32,000 bases of DNA from Mycolicibacterium smegmatis. GTDB lineage: Bacteria > Actinomycetota > Actinomycetes > Mycobacteriales > Mycobacteriaceae. The stretch is from assembly GCF_001457595.1 (NCBI RefSeq), contig NZ_LN831039.1, positions 2,520,001 to 2,552,000 of the forward strand, given 5' to 3'. The notes below the pieces were generated by a model that was not told where the DNA came from, did no database searches, and saw only the letters and a list, made by a program, of their open reading frames with translations. The position numbers were made by a program, and so were the translations under genes. This document shows positions 1-9,900 of the stretch, piece by piece (position 1 is the first letter of the stretch; each line of letters begins with the position of its first letter).

Positions 1-373
1 TCAGGCCGCCGTCACCTGACGGATCGACGGGGATCACGGTCTTGATCTTCGGCTCGGCACGCGTGGCGACCTCTTTGATCGCACCCGTCAACCGCTCGCC
101 CACCAGCGCGGACTGGCTGTCGGCGCCCATGATCAGGCCACTGGTGCTGTCGAGGCAGCCCTGCATGACACCCGGCGCGGGGCATTCCTTGGGGAACGGA
201 ACCGCCGGCAGCGGCGGGGGCGGCGGCGGAGTCGTGGTGGGGCCGGGCCGCAGCTCGGGTTCGGTGGTGAACGGCTCCGACTGTGCCGCATCGAACCGGG
301 CGCACCCCGTGCCGACCAGCATCGCGGCACACAAGACGGCGGCCACCTGTCTCATCCGCCGGAGCGATTTCAT
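1..373 (-). CDS. Putative secreted lipoprotein, N-terminal part only (runs off the left edge); position opposite ilvB matches the LppZ-like gene
   Basis: Reverse-strand ATG at 373 translates as MKSLRRMRQVAAVLCAAMLVGTGCARFDAAQSEPF...; basic N-terminus, hydrophobic stretch, Cys near a lipobox, then a Pro/Thr-rich linker. Open to the window edge. Confidence 0.75.
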   Translation of the reverse strand, partial: MKSLRRMRQVAAVLCAAMLVGTGCARFDAAQSEPFTTEPELRPGPTTTPPPPPPLPAVPFPKECPAPGVMQGCLDSTSGLIMGADSQSALVGERLTGAIKEVATRAEPKIKTVIPVDPSGDGGL

Positions 374-519
374 GCTCGCCAGATTACGGATCGTCGCGCG
401 GTGTCCGCCACGCCGGCTGCCGGGCAGGGCGCTCGTGACGCGGAATCTCGCTCCAATACCAGGCGGAAGCGCCGTGGTAAATACCAGGATCCCGAGGAAG
501 TTGCACTTACCCTGGCAGC

Positions 520-1362
520 GTGACCAGTTCCTCGCAGGACCCGTGGCAAAGACCCGATAATCCGGGGACCGGCGATTCCGCCAGGCCCGCCGGGGCAAGT
601 CTGGTCGATCCTGAAGACGATCTGCCCTCGGCCTCGTACGGTGGCGACTTCGAGACCACCGCCATCCCGCGCTACGACTCCAAGGCGCCCGACCAGTCGG
701 CGTTCAGCATGGTCAGTGAGCCCGAGCCGCTGCCGTACGTGCAGCCCGGACTGCATGCGCCGATGGGCGCGTACCCGGCCGAGCCGGTCGAGATCGACCG
801 CAACGACGTCGTCGACGACCAGGTCAGAGCCGCCGGGAGACGAGGCACCCAGGACCTCGGCCTGCTGATCCTGCGCGTGGCCGTCGGTGGGCTGCTCATC
901 CTGCACGGCCTGCAGAAGGCTTTCGGCTGGTGGGGCGGACCGGGTTTCGACGGGTTCGGCACGTCGCTCGACGACATGGGTTTCAAGTACTCCGGCATCC
1001 TCACCTACGTCGCCACGGGCGGCCAGATCGCGGCAGGCGTGCTGCTGGTGCTGGGACTGTTCACGCCGATCGCCGCGGCAGGCGCGCTGGCCTACGGCAT
1101 CAACGGCCTGCTGGCCGAGGCGATGATCGCCCACGAGCAGGCCAGGCTCTCGGAGTTCTTCCACGACGGCCACCAGTACCGGCTGGTGATCCTCGCCGCG
1201 ACCGCGGCCGTCATCCTGACCGGACCGGGGCGTTACGGCTTCGACGCCGGACGCGGCTGGGCCAGGCGCCCGTTCGTCGGTTCGTTCGTGGCGCTTCTGA
1301 TCGGGATCGGCGCGGGCATCGGCATCTGGGCGCTGCTCAACGGCGGCAACCCGCTGGGCTGA
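520..1362 (+). CDS. DoxX family membrane protein with a low-complexity N-terminal extension
   Basis: 280 aa ORF; hydrophobic helices and RVAVGGLLILHGLQKAFGWWGG...FDGFGTSL...DMGFKYSGILTYVATGGQIAAGVLLVLGLFTPIAA, typical of DoxX. Confidence 0.85.
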   Translation: MTSSSQDPWQRPDNPGTGDSARPAGASLVDPEDDLPSASYGGDFETTAIPRYDSKAPDQSAFSMVSEPEPLPYVQPGLHAPMGAYPAEPVEIDRNDVVDDQVRAAGRRGTQDLGLLILRVAVGGLLILHGLQKAFGWWGGPGFDGFGTSLDDMGFKYSGILTYVATGGQIAAGVLLVLGLFTPIAAAGALAYGINGLLAEAMIAHEQARLSEFFHDGHQYRLVILAATAAVILTGPGRYGFDAGRGWARRPFVGSFVALLIGIGAGIGIWALLNGGNPLG

Positions 1363-1392
1363 TTCGCCTTTCCGGACCGTTACGCGTGATCG

Positions 1393-1791
1393 TCACGCGT
1401 ATGGGTTCGGAACCCGTCCTCCGCTGACCTCCGCGAGCAGCGGCAGCGTGGCGAACGTCACGGCGGGCAGGCGCAGATCCTCGCCGGTGGTGCGCTGCGC
1501 GACGGCCCAGCGGCCGCGCTCGAACCGCAGGCCCTCGATCTCACTCCACGGCACGGTCTGGCTGCCCAGCAGCGACCGCGCCGTCACGGTGTTGTGGTCG
1601 GCTTTGGTTTGGAACCGAATGACGGCCAGCGACAAGCCGATCGGGATGAGCAGCAGCACCCCGAACAACGGCGGATTGGTCAGGATCACGGTCAGCAGGC
1701 CCAGCGTGACCACCGCAACCGCCAGGTGCGCCATGGGCGATATCCGGATGACGACGGGGTCGGTGGCTGAACGTGCACTCACGGTGTCCAT
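1393..1791 (-). CDS. Small PH-domain-like membrane protein (Cfp6-like)
   Basis: Reverse ORF; internal ATG at 1791 gives 132 aa MDTVSARSATDPVVIRISPMAHLAVAVVTLGLLTVILTNPPLFGVLLLIPIGL... with two hydrophobic segments and a VPWSEIEGLRFERGRWAV motif. The annotated 194 aa ORF is probably over-extended. Confidence 0.75.
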   Translation of the reverse strand: MDTVSARSATDPVVIRISPMAHLAVAVVTLGLLTVILTNPPLFGVLLLIPIGLSLAVIRFQTKADHNTVTARSLLGSQTVPWSEIEGLRFERGRWAVAQRTTGEDLRLPAVTFATLPLLAEVSGGRVPNPYA

Positions 1792-1856
1792 CCTTGCACT
1801 GGCCCGGTACAGCGCAGAAAACGCTCCCAATACCTTGCTCACGGGCCGATCGCAAT

Positions 1857-1886
1857 TTGACCTTTGACCTGTGTGGCAGCTACCGT
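1857..1886 (+). promoter_or_regulatory. Candidate ilvB promoter
   Basis: TTGACC (1857-1862), 18 nt spacer, TACCGT (1881-1886, fits TANNNT), placing the TSS about 1893-1895. Confidence 0.5.
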
Positions 1887-1894
1887 CAACGCTT

Positions 1895-1966
1895 ATGCAG
1901 ACCCCGGGAGTGCTCGTAGTAATTGGTTGGCGCGTTGATGCCGCGCTGGCCCTCTGCCGGGCATAG
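1895..1966 (+). CDS. Leader peptide of the ilvB operon, MQTPGVLVVIGWRVDAALALCRA
   Basis: ATG 1895 to TAG 1964-1966, 23 codons, with a GTG CTC GTA GTA ATT (V-L-V-V-I) run, followed by a strong intrinsic terminator upstream of ilvB. Confidence 0.8.
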   Translation: MQTPGVLVVIGWRVDAALALCRA

Positions 1967-1986
1967 CACACCAGCATCGACGCGCC
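1929..1986 (+). promoter_or_regulatory. Attenuator hairpin overlapping the leader ORF
   Basis: GGCGCGTTGATGC (1929-1941) pairs with GCATCGACGCGCC (1974-1986): 13 bp including one G-U. Confidence 0.65.
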
Positions 1987-2021
1987 ACCCTCGTACAGCA
2001 GCCTGCTGACGGGGGTTTTTT
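1987..2021 (+). terminator. Intrinsic terminator/attenuator upstream of ilvB
   Basis: ACCCTCGT-A-CAGCA-gcc-TGCTG-ACGGGGGT followed by T-run: 13 bp stem with one bulged A, then TTTTTT (2016-2021). Confidence 0.85.
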
Positions 2022-2104
2022 GTTGCCCACAGGCGCGTCGGCGTCACCACCACAACCGAGATTCCGCCACAGAGGAAACGTAAGAGGGACGGGAAGAGAA
2101 CACC

Positions 2105-3961
2105 GTGAGCGCACCCACCACGCGACCACCACACACGGCCGCAGCCCCCGCGAACGGCGCACCTGCGCCGACGTCAGATCAGCCGCAGCCCAAGCGCGTT
2201 GCGCCTGAGCAGCTCACCGGCGCCCAGGCCGTCGTCCGGTCGCTGGAGGAGATCGGCGTCGACACCATCTTCGGTATCCCCGGCGGTGCGGTGCTCCCGG
2301 TCTACGATCCGCTGTTCGACTCGAAGAAGCTGCGCCACGTGCTGGTGCGCCACGAGCAGGGTGCCGGCCACGCCGCGAGTGGCTACGCGCACGCGACCGG
2401 GAAGGTCGGCGTGATGATGGCGACCTCCGGCCCTGGCGCCACCAACCTGATCACGCCGCTGGCCGACGCCCAGATGGATTCAATCCCGGTCGTCGCGATC
2501 ACCGGTCAGGTCGGCCGCTCGCTGATCGGCACCGATGCGTTCCAGGAAGCCGACATCACCGGCATGACGATGCCGATCACCAAGCACAACTTCCTGGTGC
2601 GCAACGGCGACGACATCCCGCGCGTCATCGCCGAGGCGTTCCACATCGCGCGGTCGGGACGTCCCGGCGCGGTGCTCGTGGACATCCCCAAGGACATCCT
2701 GCAGGGGCAGTGCACGTTCAGCTGGCCGCCGAAGATCGACCTGCCGGGCTACAAGCCCACCACCAAGCCGCACAACCGCCAGATCCGCGAGGCCGCCAAG
2801 CTCATCGCGCAGGCCCGCAAGCCCGTGCTGTACGTCGGCGGCGGCGTGATCCGCGGCGAGGCCACGGCCGAGCTGCTGGAGCTGGCCGAGCTGACCGGCA
2901 TCCCGGTCGTGACGACGCTGATGGCGCGTGGCGCGTTCCCCGACAGCCACCGCCAGAACATGGGCATGCCCGGTATGCACGGCACGGTCGCCGCGGTTGC
3001 CGCGCTGCAGCGCAGCGATCTGCTGATCGCGCTGGGCACGCGGTTCGACGATCGCGTCACCGGCAAGCTCGACTCGTTCGCGCCGGAGGCCAAGGTGATC
3101 CACGCCGACATCGACCCGGCCGAGATCGGCAAGAACCGCCACGCCGACGTGCCGATCGTCGGTGACGTCAAGGCCGTCATCGCCGAGCTGGTGCAGTCGC
3201 TGCGCAAGACCGGCACCACGGCCGAGGCGTTGCAGCTCGACAGCTGGTGGGAGTACCTGTCGGGCATCCGTTCGACCTACCCGCTGAGCTACGGCCCGCA
3301 GAGCGACGGCAGCCTGTCGCCGGAGTTCGTCATCGAGAAGCTGGGCCAGATCGCCGGTCCCGACGCGGTTTACGTCGCCGGTGTGGGCCAGCACCAGATG
3401 TGGGCCGCGCAGTTCATCAAGTACGAGAACCCGAAGACATGGCTGAACTCGGGCGGTCTCGGCACGATGGGCTTCGCCGTGCCCGCGGCGATGGGCGCCA
3501 AGTTCGCCCGGCCCGAGGCCGAGGTGTGGGCCATCGACGGTGACGGCTGCTTCCAGATGACCAACCAGGAACTGGCGACCTGTGCGCTGGAGGGTGCGCC
3601 GATCAAGGTGGCGTTGATCAACAACGGCAACCTGGGCATGGTGCGCCAGTGGCAGACCCTGTTCTACGACGAGCGCTACAGCCAGACGAACCTGTCCACG
3701 CACTCGCGGCGGATCCCGGACTTCGTCAAGCTGGCCGAGGCGCTGGGCTGCGTCGGCCTGCGGTGCGAACGAGCCGAGGACGTCGAGGACGTCATCAACC
3801 AGGCCCGCGCCATCAACGATCGTCCGGTGGTCATCGATTTCATCGTGGGCGCCGACGCCCAGGTGTGGCCGATGGTCGCGGCAGGTACCGGCAACGACGA
3901 GATCATGGCGGCCCGCGACATCAGGCCGCTGTTCGATGACAACGAAGAGGGGCACGCCTGA
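2105..3961 (+). CDS. ilvB: Acetolactate synthase large subunit
   Basis: 618 aa; TPP-enzyme motifs [68 protein letters not shown]. Confidence 0.97.
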   Translation: MSAPTTRPPHTAAAPANGAPAPTSDQPQPKRVAPEQLTGAQAVVRSLEEIGVDTIFGIPGGAVLPVYDPLFDSKKLRHVLVRHEQGAGHAASGYAHATGKVGVMMATSGPGATNLITPLADAQMDSIPVVAITGQVGRSLIGTDAFQEADITGMTMPITKHNFLVRNGDDIPRVIAEAFHIARSGRPGAVLVDIPKDILQGQCTFSWPPKIDLPGYKPTTKPHNRQIREAAKLIAQARKPVLYVGGGVIRGEATAELLELAELTGIPVVTTLMARGAFPDSHRQNMGMPGMHGTVAAVAALQRSDLLIALGTRFDDRVTGKLDSFAPEAKVIHADIDPAEIGKNRHADVPIVGDVKAVIAELVQSLRKTGTTAEALQLDSWWEYLSGIRSTYPLSYGPQSDGSLSPEFVIEKLGQIAGPDAVYVAGVGQHQMWAAQFIKYENPKTWLNSGGLGTMGFAVPAAMGAKFARPEAEVWAIDGDGCFQMTNQELATCALEGAPIKVALINNGNLGMVRQWQTLFYDERYSQTNLSTHSRRIPDFVKLAEALGCVGLRCERAEDVEDVINQARAINDRPVVIDFIVGADAQVWPMVAAGTGNDEIMAARDIRPLFDDNEEGHA

Positions 3962-4025
3962 TGAGCGCTTGCGCGAAGAAGAGAGAATCCTGATGAGCGC
4001 TTGCGCGAAGAAGAGAGAATCCTGA
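3961..4025 (+). repeat. Two perfect 32-bp tandem units, each encoding a 10-aa minigene ([10 protein letters not shown]) linked by TGATG overlaps
   Basis: ATGAGCGCTTGCGCGAAGAAGAGAGAATCCTG at 3961-3992 and 3993-4024; ORFs 3961-3993 and 3993-4025, sharing TGATG junctions with ilvB stop and ilvN start. Confidence 0.95.
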
Positions 4026-4537
4026 TGAGTAACGGAACCCCCACCCACACCCTGTCGGTGCTGGTCGAGGACAAACCCGGTGTTCTCGCGCGAGTCTCCT
4101 CACTGTTCTCGCGCCGCGGCTTCAACATCCAGTCGCTCGCGGTCGGCGCGACCGAGCAGAAGGACATGTCGCGCATGACCATCGTGGTGAGTGTCGAGGA
4201 CTCGCCGCTCGAACAGATCACCAAGCAGCTCAACAAGCTGATCAACGTGATCAAGATCGTCGAGCAGGAAGAGGACAACTCGGTGTCCCGCGAGCTCGCA
4301 CTCATCAAGGTGCGGGCCGATGCGACCACGCGCGGTCAGATCATCGAAGCGGTGAACCTGTTCCGCGCCAAGGTCGTTGATGTTTCGACCGAATCTCTCA
4401 CGATCGAGGCGACGGGTACGCCGGAGAAGCTGGAGGCCCTGCTGCGGGTCCTGGAGCCGTATGGCATCCGGGAGATCGCTCAGTCCGGTGTGGTGTCGGT
4501 GTCGCGCGGTCCGCGGGGCATCGGCGCAGCGAAGTAA
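4025..4537 (+). CDS. ilvN: Acetolactate synthase small (regulatory) subunit
   Basis: 170 aa from ATG 4025: MSNGTPTHTLSVLVEDKPGVLARVSSLFSRRGFNIQSLAVG (ACT domain). Upstream GAGAG as possible SD. Confidence 0.95.
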   Translation: MSNGTPTHTLSVLVEDKPGVLARVSSLFSRRGFNIQSLAVGATEQKDMSRMTIVVSVEDSPLEQITKQLNKLINVIKIVEQEEDNSVSRELALIKVRADATTRGQIIEAVNLFRAKVVDVSTESLTIEATGTPEKLEALLRVLEPYGIREIAQSGVVSVSRGPRGIGAAK

Positions 4538-4551
4538 TCAGGCTCGAGTAG

Positions 4552-5607
<1,056 letters not shown>

Positions 5608-5625
5608 GTTTCGCCGACATCGACC

Positions 5626-5662
5626 AAAAGGGCCGCCCTCGCACGCCGGGGGCGGCCCTTTT
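5626..5662. terminator. Bidirectional terminator between ilvC and wrbA-like gene
   Basis: AAAAGGGCCGCCC / GGGCGGCCCTTTT perfect 13-bp inverted repeat. Confidence 0.85.
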
Positions 5663-5678
5663 CGTCGTTCTGCGGTTG

Positions 5679-6290
5679 CTACCCGGCCAGCCGGCCCGCG
5701 ACGGTGACCACGCGGCGTGCGAGATGGTCGAGCGCGTTGTTGGTGATCTCGTCGATCTCGGTGATGTTGGTGCGGTTGGCGATCAGCCCCACGCCGTAAG
5801 GGTTCCCGTCGGCGAACTTCACCTCGTCGGTGTAACCGGGCGGGACGATGATCCCGCCGAAGTGCATCAGCGTCACATAGAGATTGAGCAGGGTCGACTC
5901 CTGGCCGCCGTGCGCGGTCTGGCTCGAGGTGAACGCGGCGTACACCTTGTCGGCCAGCCTGCCCTGCGCCCACAGGCCGCCGAGGGAATCGATGAACGCC
6001 CGGAATTGTGCTGCCGGTGAACCGAATCGGGTGGGGGAGCCGAAAACCACCGCATCGGCCCACACGATGTCCTCACCGGTGGCCGCCGGAAGATCCTTGG
6101 TCGCCTCGTAATTGGCCGTCCACGCCGGGTTCTGGGTGAACGTCTGCGGATCCTGTGTCTCGGCGATGTGCCGCAACCGCACCTCTGCTCCCGCTGCCTC
6201 CGCGCTGGCGGCCACGCGCTGTGCCATCGTGGTGCCGTGGCCCGTGGCCGAGTAGTAGATGACGGCGACTTTCGTCGCGGAAGAGGTCAT
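5679..6290 (-). CDS. wrbA: NAD(P)H:quinone oxidoreductase, type IV (WrbA family flavoprotein)
   Basis: 203 aa: KVAVIYYSATGHGTTMAQRVA, ADAVVFGSPTRFGSPAAQFRAFIDS, KVYAAFTSSQTAHGGQESTLLNLYVTLMHFGGIIVPPGY. Confidence 0.85.
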   Translation of the reverse strand: MTSSATKVAVIYYSATGHGTTMAQRVAASAEAAGAEVRLRHIAETQDPQTFTQNPAWTANYEATKDLPAATGEDIVWADAVVFGSPTRFGSPAAQFRAFIDSLGGLWAQGRLADKVYAAFTSSQTAHGGQESTLLNLYVTLMHFGGIIVPPGYTDEVKFADGNPYGVGLIANRTNITEIDEITNNALDHLARRVVTVAGRLAG

Positions 6291-6310
6291 CCGTTCACTG
6301 TAGAGATCGC

Positions 6311-6343
6311 GTCCCGGTCACGGGGTCGCTTCGTGACCGGGAC
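6311..6343. terminator. 12-bp perfect inverted repeat straddling a stop codon (possible terminator or attenuator)
   Basis: GTCCCGGTCACG (6311-6322) / CGTGACCGGGAC (6332-6343), 9-nt loop; stop codon at 6318-6320 (reverse strand). Confidence 0.5.
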
Positions 6344-6761
6344 GCCCGTGGGTGCGGCGACGCTTTTTCATCTCGGATTCGAACACATGCCGGGCGCCGC
6401 CCATGAACTCGTCGCGCAGGCGACGCTCGTGCTCACGGAACAGTGACCAGTACGTGTCGTCGAACTCCTCGACGATCTGGAACGACCACCGGCCGGGCAG
6501 GACGTTGTGGCCCACCAGTTCGGTCTGCACGCGCTCGGCGGCGGCGTCGTGACCGGCCTCGCGCAATTTGTCGCACACCTCGTCGAGCAGTGCGTCGGCG
6601 TGCCCGATGAGTTGATGGAAGGTGTACAGATGCCCGCGGGCGCGCTCGATGTACTCCAGCGCCTCCGACATCTTCCCGGCGGCTTCGACGGTGTCGTCGC
6701 CGACACCGGGTGGCCGTGCATGCCGACTGTCGGTGCTGCCGTTGGCTGTGCGCTCGTTCAT
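6318..6761 (-). CDS. Conserved hypothetical protein, about 147 aa
   Basis: From ATG 6761: MNERTANGSTDSRHARPPGVGDDTVEAAGKMSEALEYIERARGHLYTFHQLIGHADALLDEVCDKL...; upstream ATG at 6779 also possible. The 312 aa ORF track is over-extended into the neighbouring gene. Confidence 0.75.
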   Translation of the reverse strand: MNERTANGSTDSRHARPPGVGDDTVEAAGKMSEALEYIERARGHLYTFHQLIGHADALLDEVCDKLREAGHDAAAERVQTELVGHNVLPGRWSFQIVEEFDDTYWSLFREHERRLRDEFMGGARHVFESEMKKRRRTHGRPGHEATP

Positions 6762-6811
6762 GCTGCGCGGGATACCCATTCCGGACGACCGTGACGCACA
6801 TCCGGCGCGTG

Positions 6812-8236
6812 TCAGCGCAGAGCAGGCAGGCCCAGGCCGAACTCGCGCCGCAGAACTGTGCGCGCGGCGTAGAACCCGGACATGCCGTGTACGCCGCTGC
6901 CGGGCGGGGTGGCCGACGAGCACAGGTACGCCTTGGGGATCGGCGTGGTCCACGGATTGACCCGGGGCGTCGGTCCCGTCAGCGCGCTGATCATGTTGTT
7001 GCCACCCACCCCGATGTCGCCGCCGATCAGATTGGCGTTGTGGTGCGACATCTGCGATGCGGGCACACTGCGCACCGCGACGACGAGATCCCGGAACCCG
7101 GGCGCGAACCGCTCGAGGATCGACGTCACGGTGTCGGCCATGTCGACCGGCGATCCCGACGGCACGTGCGCATACGTCCACAGTGGCCGCCTGCCTCGGG
7201 CGTCGATGCGGCCCGGGTCGGCGATGTGCGGCGACGCCGCGAGCACCATGGGCCACTCGGCGTGACGGCCGCGGGCGACCTCGGATTCGGCCAGTGCCAT
7301 CTGTTCTCGGCTGCCCCCGAGGTGCAGCGTCGGCGACTGCGCCAAACGTGGATCACTCCAAGGGATCTCGCCCGACAACACGAAATCGACCTTGGCCACG
7401 CCTGATCCGTAGGTGTAGTTACGCAGAGCCTTTGCGTAGCGCGGCGGAACGGCGTCGCGGTAGATCGACAACAGCGCGGTCGGCGCGGTGTCGTAAACGA
7501 CGACGCCCGAGGGTGGTTCGGTGACCTCCTCGCCGAGGACGAGTTCGCCGCCGTGCGCGCGCAGATCGGCGATCAGCGCGTCGGGGATGGCCTGTGACCC
7601 ACCGATCGGGATCGGCCAGCCCACGGCGTGCGCGAGTGTGGCCAGCATCAGTCCGGCGCCCGCGGACACCAGTGACGGCATCGGCGAGATCGTGTGCGCC
7701 GCAACGCCACTGAACAACGCACGGGCGTCGTCGCCGCGCAGCAGCCGCCACAGCGCAGTGCCCTGACCCAGCATCCGCGGCGCCACGCGCAGCGCGGCCG
7801 GGATCGACGGCGGCAGTGAACGTTTGTCGCCCAGCATCAGCCCGACCACACCGTCGCAGTCGTCGGCGAGCGGGCCGAGCAGCCGCCGCCAAGAACGGCC
7901 GTCGTCCAACTCCGCGCACGTGCGGTCGATGTCGCGGTAACCGATCGCGGCGGGGCGTTCGACGAGCGGGTTGGCGTACGCGATCTCAGGGACCGCGAGC
8001 CGTACGCCGTGCGCGGTCAGGTCGTAGCCCGAGAAGAACGGCGACGCGAGCGCGAGAGGATGCACGGCCGAGCAGATGTCGTGGCTCACGCCGCCGAACT
8101 CGGGGTCCGGAAGGGTCCTGGCACCACCTCCCGGGGTGGTCTGGGCCTCTATGACCCGTACGGACAATCCGGCCCGAGCGCAGATGACCGCTGCGGTCAG
8201 GCCATTGGGTCCACTGCCCACGACTGTGACGTCCAC
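6812..8236 (-). CDS. Phytoene dehydrogenase-like FAD/NAD(P)-binding oxidoreductase
   Basis: 474 aa; MDVTVVGSGPNGLTAAVICARAGLSVRVIEAQTTPGGGARTL dinucleotide-binding motif and C-terminal SSATPPGSGVHGMSGFYAAR motif. Confidence 0.88.
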   Translation of the reverse strand: MDVTVVGSGPNGLTAAVICARAGLSVRVIEAQTTPGGGARTLPDPEFGGVSHDICSAVHPLALASPFFSGYDLTAHGVRLAVPEIAYANPLVERPAAIGYRDIDRTCAELDDGRSWRRLLGPLADDCDGVVGLMLGDKRSLPPSIPAALRVAPRMLGQGTALWRLLRGDDARALFSGVAAHTISPMPSLVSAGAGLMLATLAHAVGWPIPIGGSQAIPDALIADLRAHGGELVLGEEVTEPPSGVVVYDTAPTALLSIYRDAVPPRYAKALRNYTYGSGVAKVDFVLSGEIPWSDPRLAQSPTLHLGGSREQMALAESEVARGRHAEWPMVLAASPHIADPGRIDARGRRPLWTYAHVPSGSPVDMADTVTSILERFAPGFRDLVVAVRSVPASQMSHHNANLIGGDIGVGGNNMISALTGPTPRVNPWTTPIPKAYLCSSATPPGSGVHGMSGFYAARTVLRREFGLGLPALR

Positions 8237-8301
8237 GACTCCAGTAGACCGTACGTACCTGCTACGTGGTAGCGGCCGTTTCGGTGTATAAGCGGACGCA
8301 C

Positions 8302-8307
8302 TAGGCT
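8302..8307 (+). promoter_or_regulatory. Candidate -10 element of leaderless serA
   Basis: TAGGCT (8302-8307), 6 nt, then GTG 8314. Confidence 0.5.
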
Positions 8308-8313
8308 GACCGC

Positions 8314-9900
8314 GTGAGTCTTCCCGTTGTACTGATAGCCGACAAGCTCGCGGAGTCCACTGTCGCCGCCCTCGGTGACGAGGTGGAGGTCAGGTGGGTC
8401 GACGGTCCCGACCGGGCGAAGCTGCTGGCCGCGGTCCCCGAGGCCGACGCCCTGCTGGTGCGCTCCGCCACCACCGTGGACGCCGAGGTCATCGCCGCGG
8501 CCCCCAAACTCAAGATCGTCGCGCGCGCGGGTGTCGGTCTGGACAACGTCGACGTCGACGCGGCCACCGCACGTGGCGTGCTCGTGGTCAACGCCCCGAC
8601 CTCCAACATCCACAGCGCCGCCGAACACGCCATCGCGCTGCTGCTCGCAACGGCCCGGCAGATCCCGGCCGCCGACGCGACGCTGCGTGAGCGCTCCTGG
8701 AAGCGGTCGTCGTTCTCGGGCACCGAGATCTTCGGCAAGACCGTCGGCGTCGTGGGCCTCGGACGCATCGGCCAGCTGGTCGCGCAGCGGCTGGCGGCGT
8801 TCGGCGCGCACATCGTGGCCTACGACCCCTACGTGTCGCAGGCCCGCGCCGCGCAGCTCGGTATCGAACTGCTCCCGCTCGACGACCTCCTCGCGCGCGC
8901 CGACTTCATCTCGGTGCACCTGCCCAAGACCAAGGAGACCGCGGGTCTGCTCGGCAAGGAGGCGCTCGCCAAGACCAAGAAGGGCGTGATCATCGTCAAC
9001 GCCGCGCGCGGCGGCCTGATCGACGAGCAGGCGCTGGCCGACGCGATCACCAGCGGGCATGTCCGCGGTGCGGGTCTCGACGTGTACGCCACCGAACCCT
9101 GCACGGACAGCCCGCTGTTCGACCTTCCGCAGGTCGTCGTCACGCCGCACCTCGGCGCGTCGACCGCCGAGGCGCAGGACCGCGCGGGCACCGACGTGGC
9201 GGCCAGCGTGAAGCTCGCCCTGGCCGGCGAGTTCGTGCCCGACGCGGTCAACGTCGGCGGCGGCGTGGTCGGTGAAGAGGTCGCGCCGTGGCTCGAGCTC
9301 GTGCGCAAGCTCGGTCTGCTGGTCGGGGCACTCTCGGATGCGCCGCCGGTGTCGCTGCAGGTTCAGGTGCGCGGTGAACTGGCGTCCGAGGACGTCGAGA
9401 TCCTCAAGCTCTCGGCGCTGCGCGGACTGTTCTCGGCTGTGGTCGACGAGCAGGTCACATTCGTCAACGCCCCGGCGCTGGCCGCCGATCGCGGTGTGAC
9501 GGCGGAGATCTCCACCGCGACCGAGAGCCCCAACCACCGCAGCGTCGTCGATGTGCGCGCGGTGCACGCCGACGGGTCGTCGATCAACGTCGCCGGCACG
9601 CTGTCCGGGCCACAGCTGGTCGAGAAGATCGTCCAGATCAACGGGCGCAACTTCGATCTGCGGGCCGAGGGCCACAACCTGATCGTGAACTACTCCGACA
9701 AGCCGGGTGCGCTCGGCAAGATCGGCACACTGCTCGGCGGCGCGAACGTCAACATCCTTGCGGCCCAGCTGAGCCAGGACGCCAGCGGCGACCATGCCAC
9801 GGTCATGCTGCGCGTCGACACCGATGTCCCCGACGATGTGCGTGCCGCGATCGCCGATGCGGTCGGCGCCAGCACGCTGGAAGTGGTTGATCTGTCATGA
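8314..9900 (+). CDS. serA: D-3-phosphoglycerate dehydrogenase
   Basis: 528 aa; [30 protein letters not shown], and C-terminal ACT domain [25 protein letters not shown]. Confidence 0.96.
   Translation: MSLPVVLIADKLAESTVAALGDEVEVRWVDGPDRAKLLAAVPEADALLVRSATTVDAEVIAAAPKLKIVARAGVGLDNVDVDAATARGVLVVNAPTSNIHSAAEHAIALLLATARQIPAADATLRERSWKRSSFSGTEIFGKTVGVVGLGRIGQLVAQRLAAFGAHIVAYDPYVSQARAAQLGIELLPLDDLLARADFISVHLPKTKETAGLLGKEALAKTKKGVIIVNAARGGLIDEQALADAITSGHVRGAGLDVYATEPCTDSPLFDLPQVVVTPHLGASTAEAQDRAGTDVAASVKLALAGEFVPDAVNVGGGVVGEEVAPWLELVRKLGLLVGALSDAPPVSLQVQVRGELASEDVEILKLSALRGLFSAVVDEQVTFVNAPALAADRGVTAEISTATESPNHRSVVDVRAVHADGSSINVAGTLSGPQLVEKIVQINGRNFDLRAEGHNLIVNYSDKPGALGKIGTLLGGANVNILAAQLSQDASGDHATVMLRVDTDVPDDVRAAIADAVGASTLEVVDLS

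Noticed and set aside
2032-2039. GGCGCGTC as alternative partner of GACGCGCC (1979-1986) in an antiterminator
   Set aside because: The pairing would enclose the terminator rather than disrupt it, and is only available after the terminator has been transcribed.
2480-4048. 522 aa antisense ORF across ilvB
   Set aside because: High-GC genomes leave long open frames opposite real genes; it is a shadow of the strong ilvB coding sequence and has no recognizable motifs.
8197-9795. 532 aa reverse ORF opposite serA
   Set aside because: Shadow frame of serA; no domain signature.
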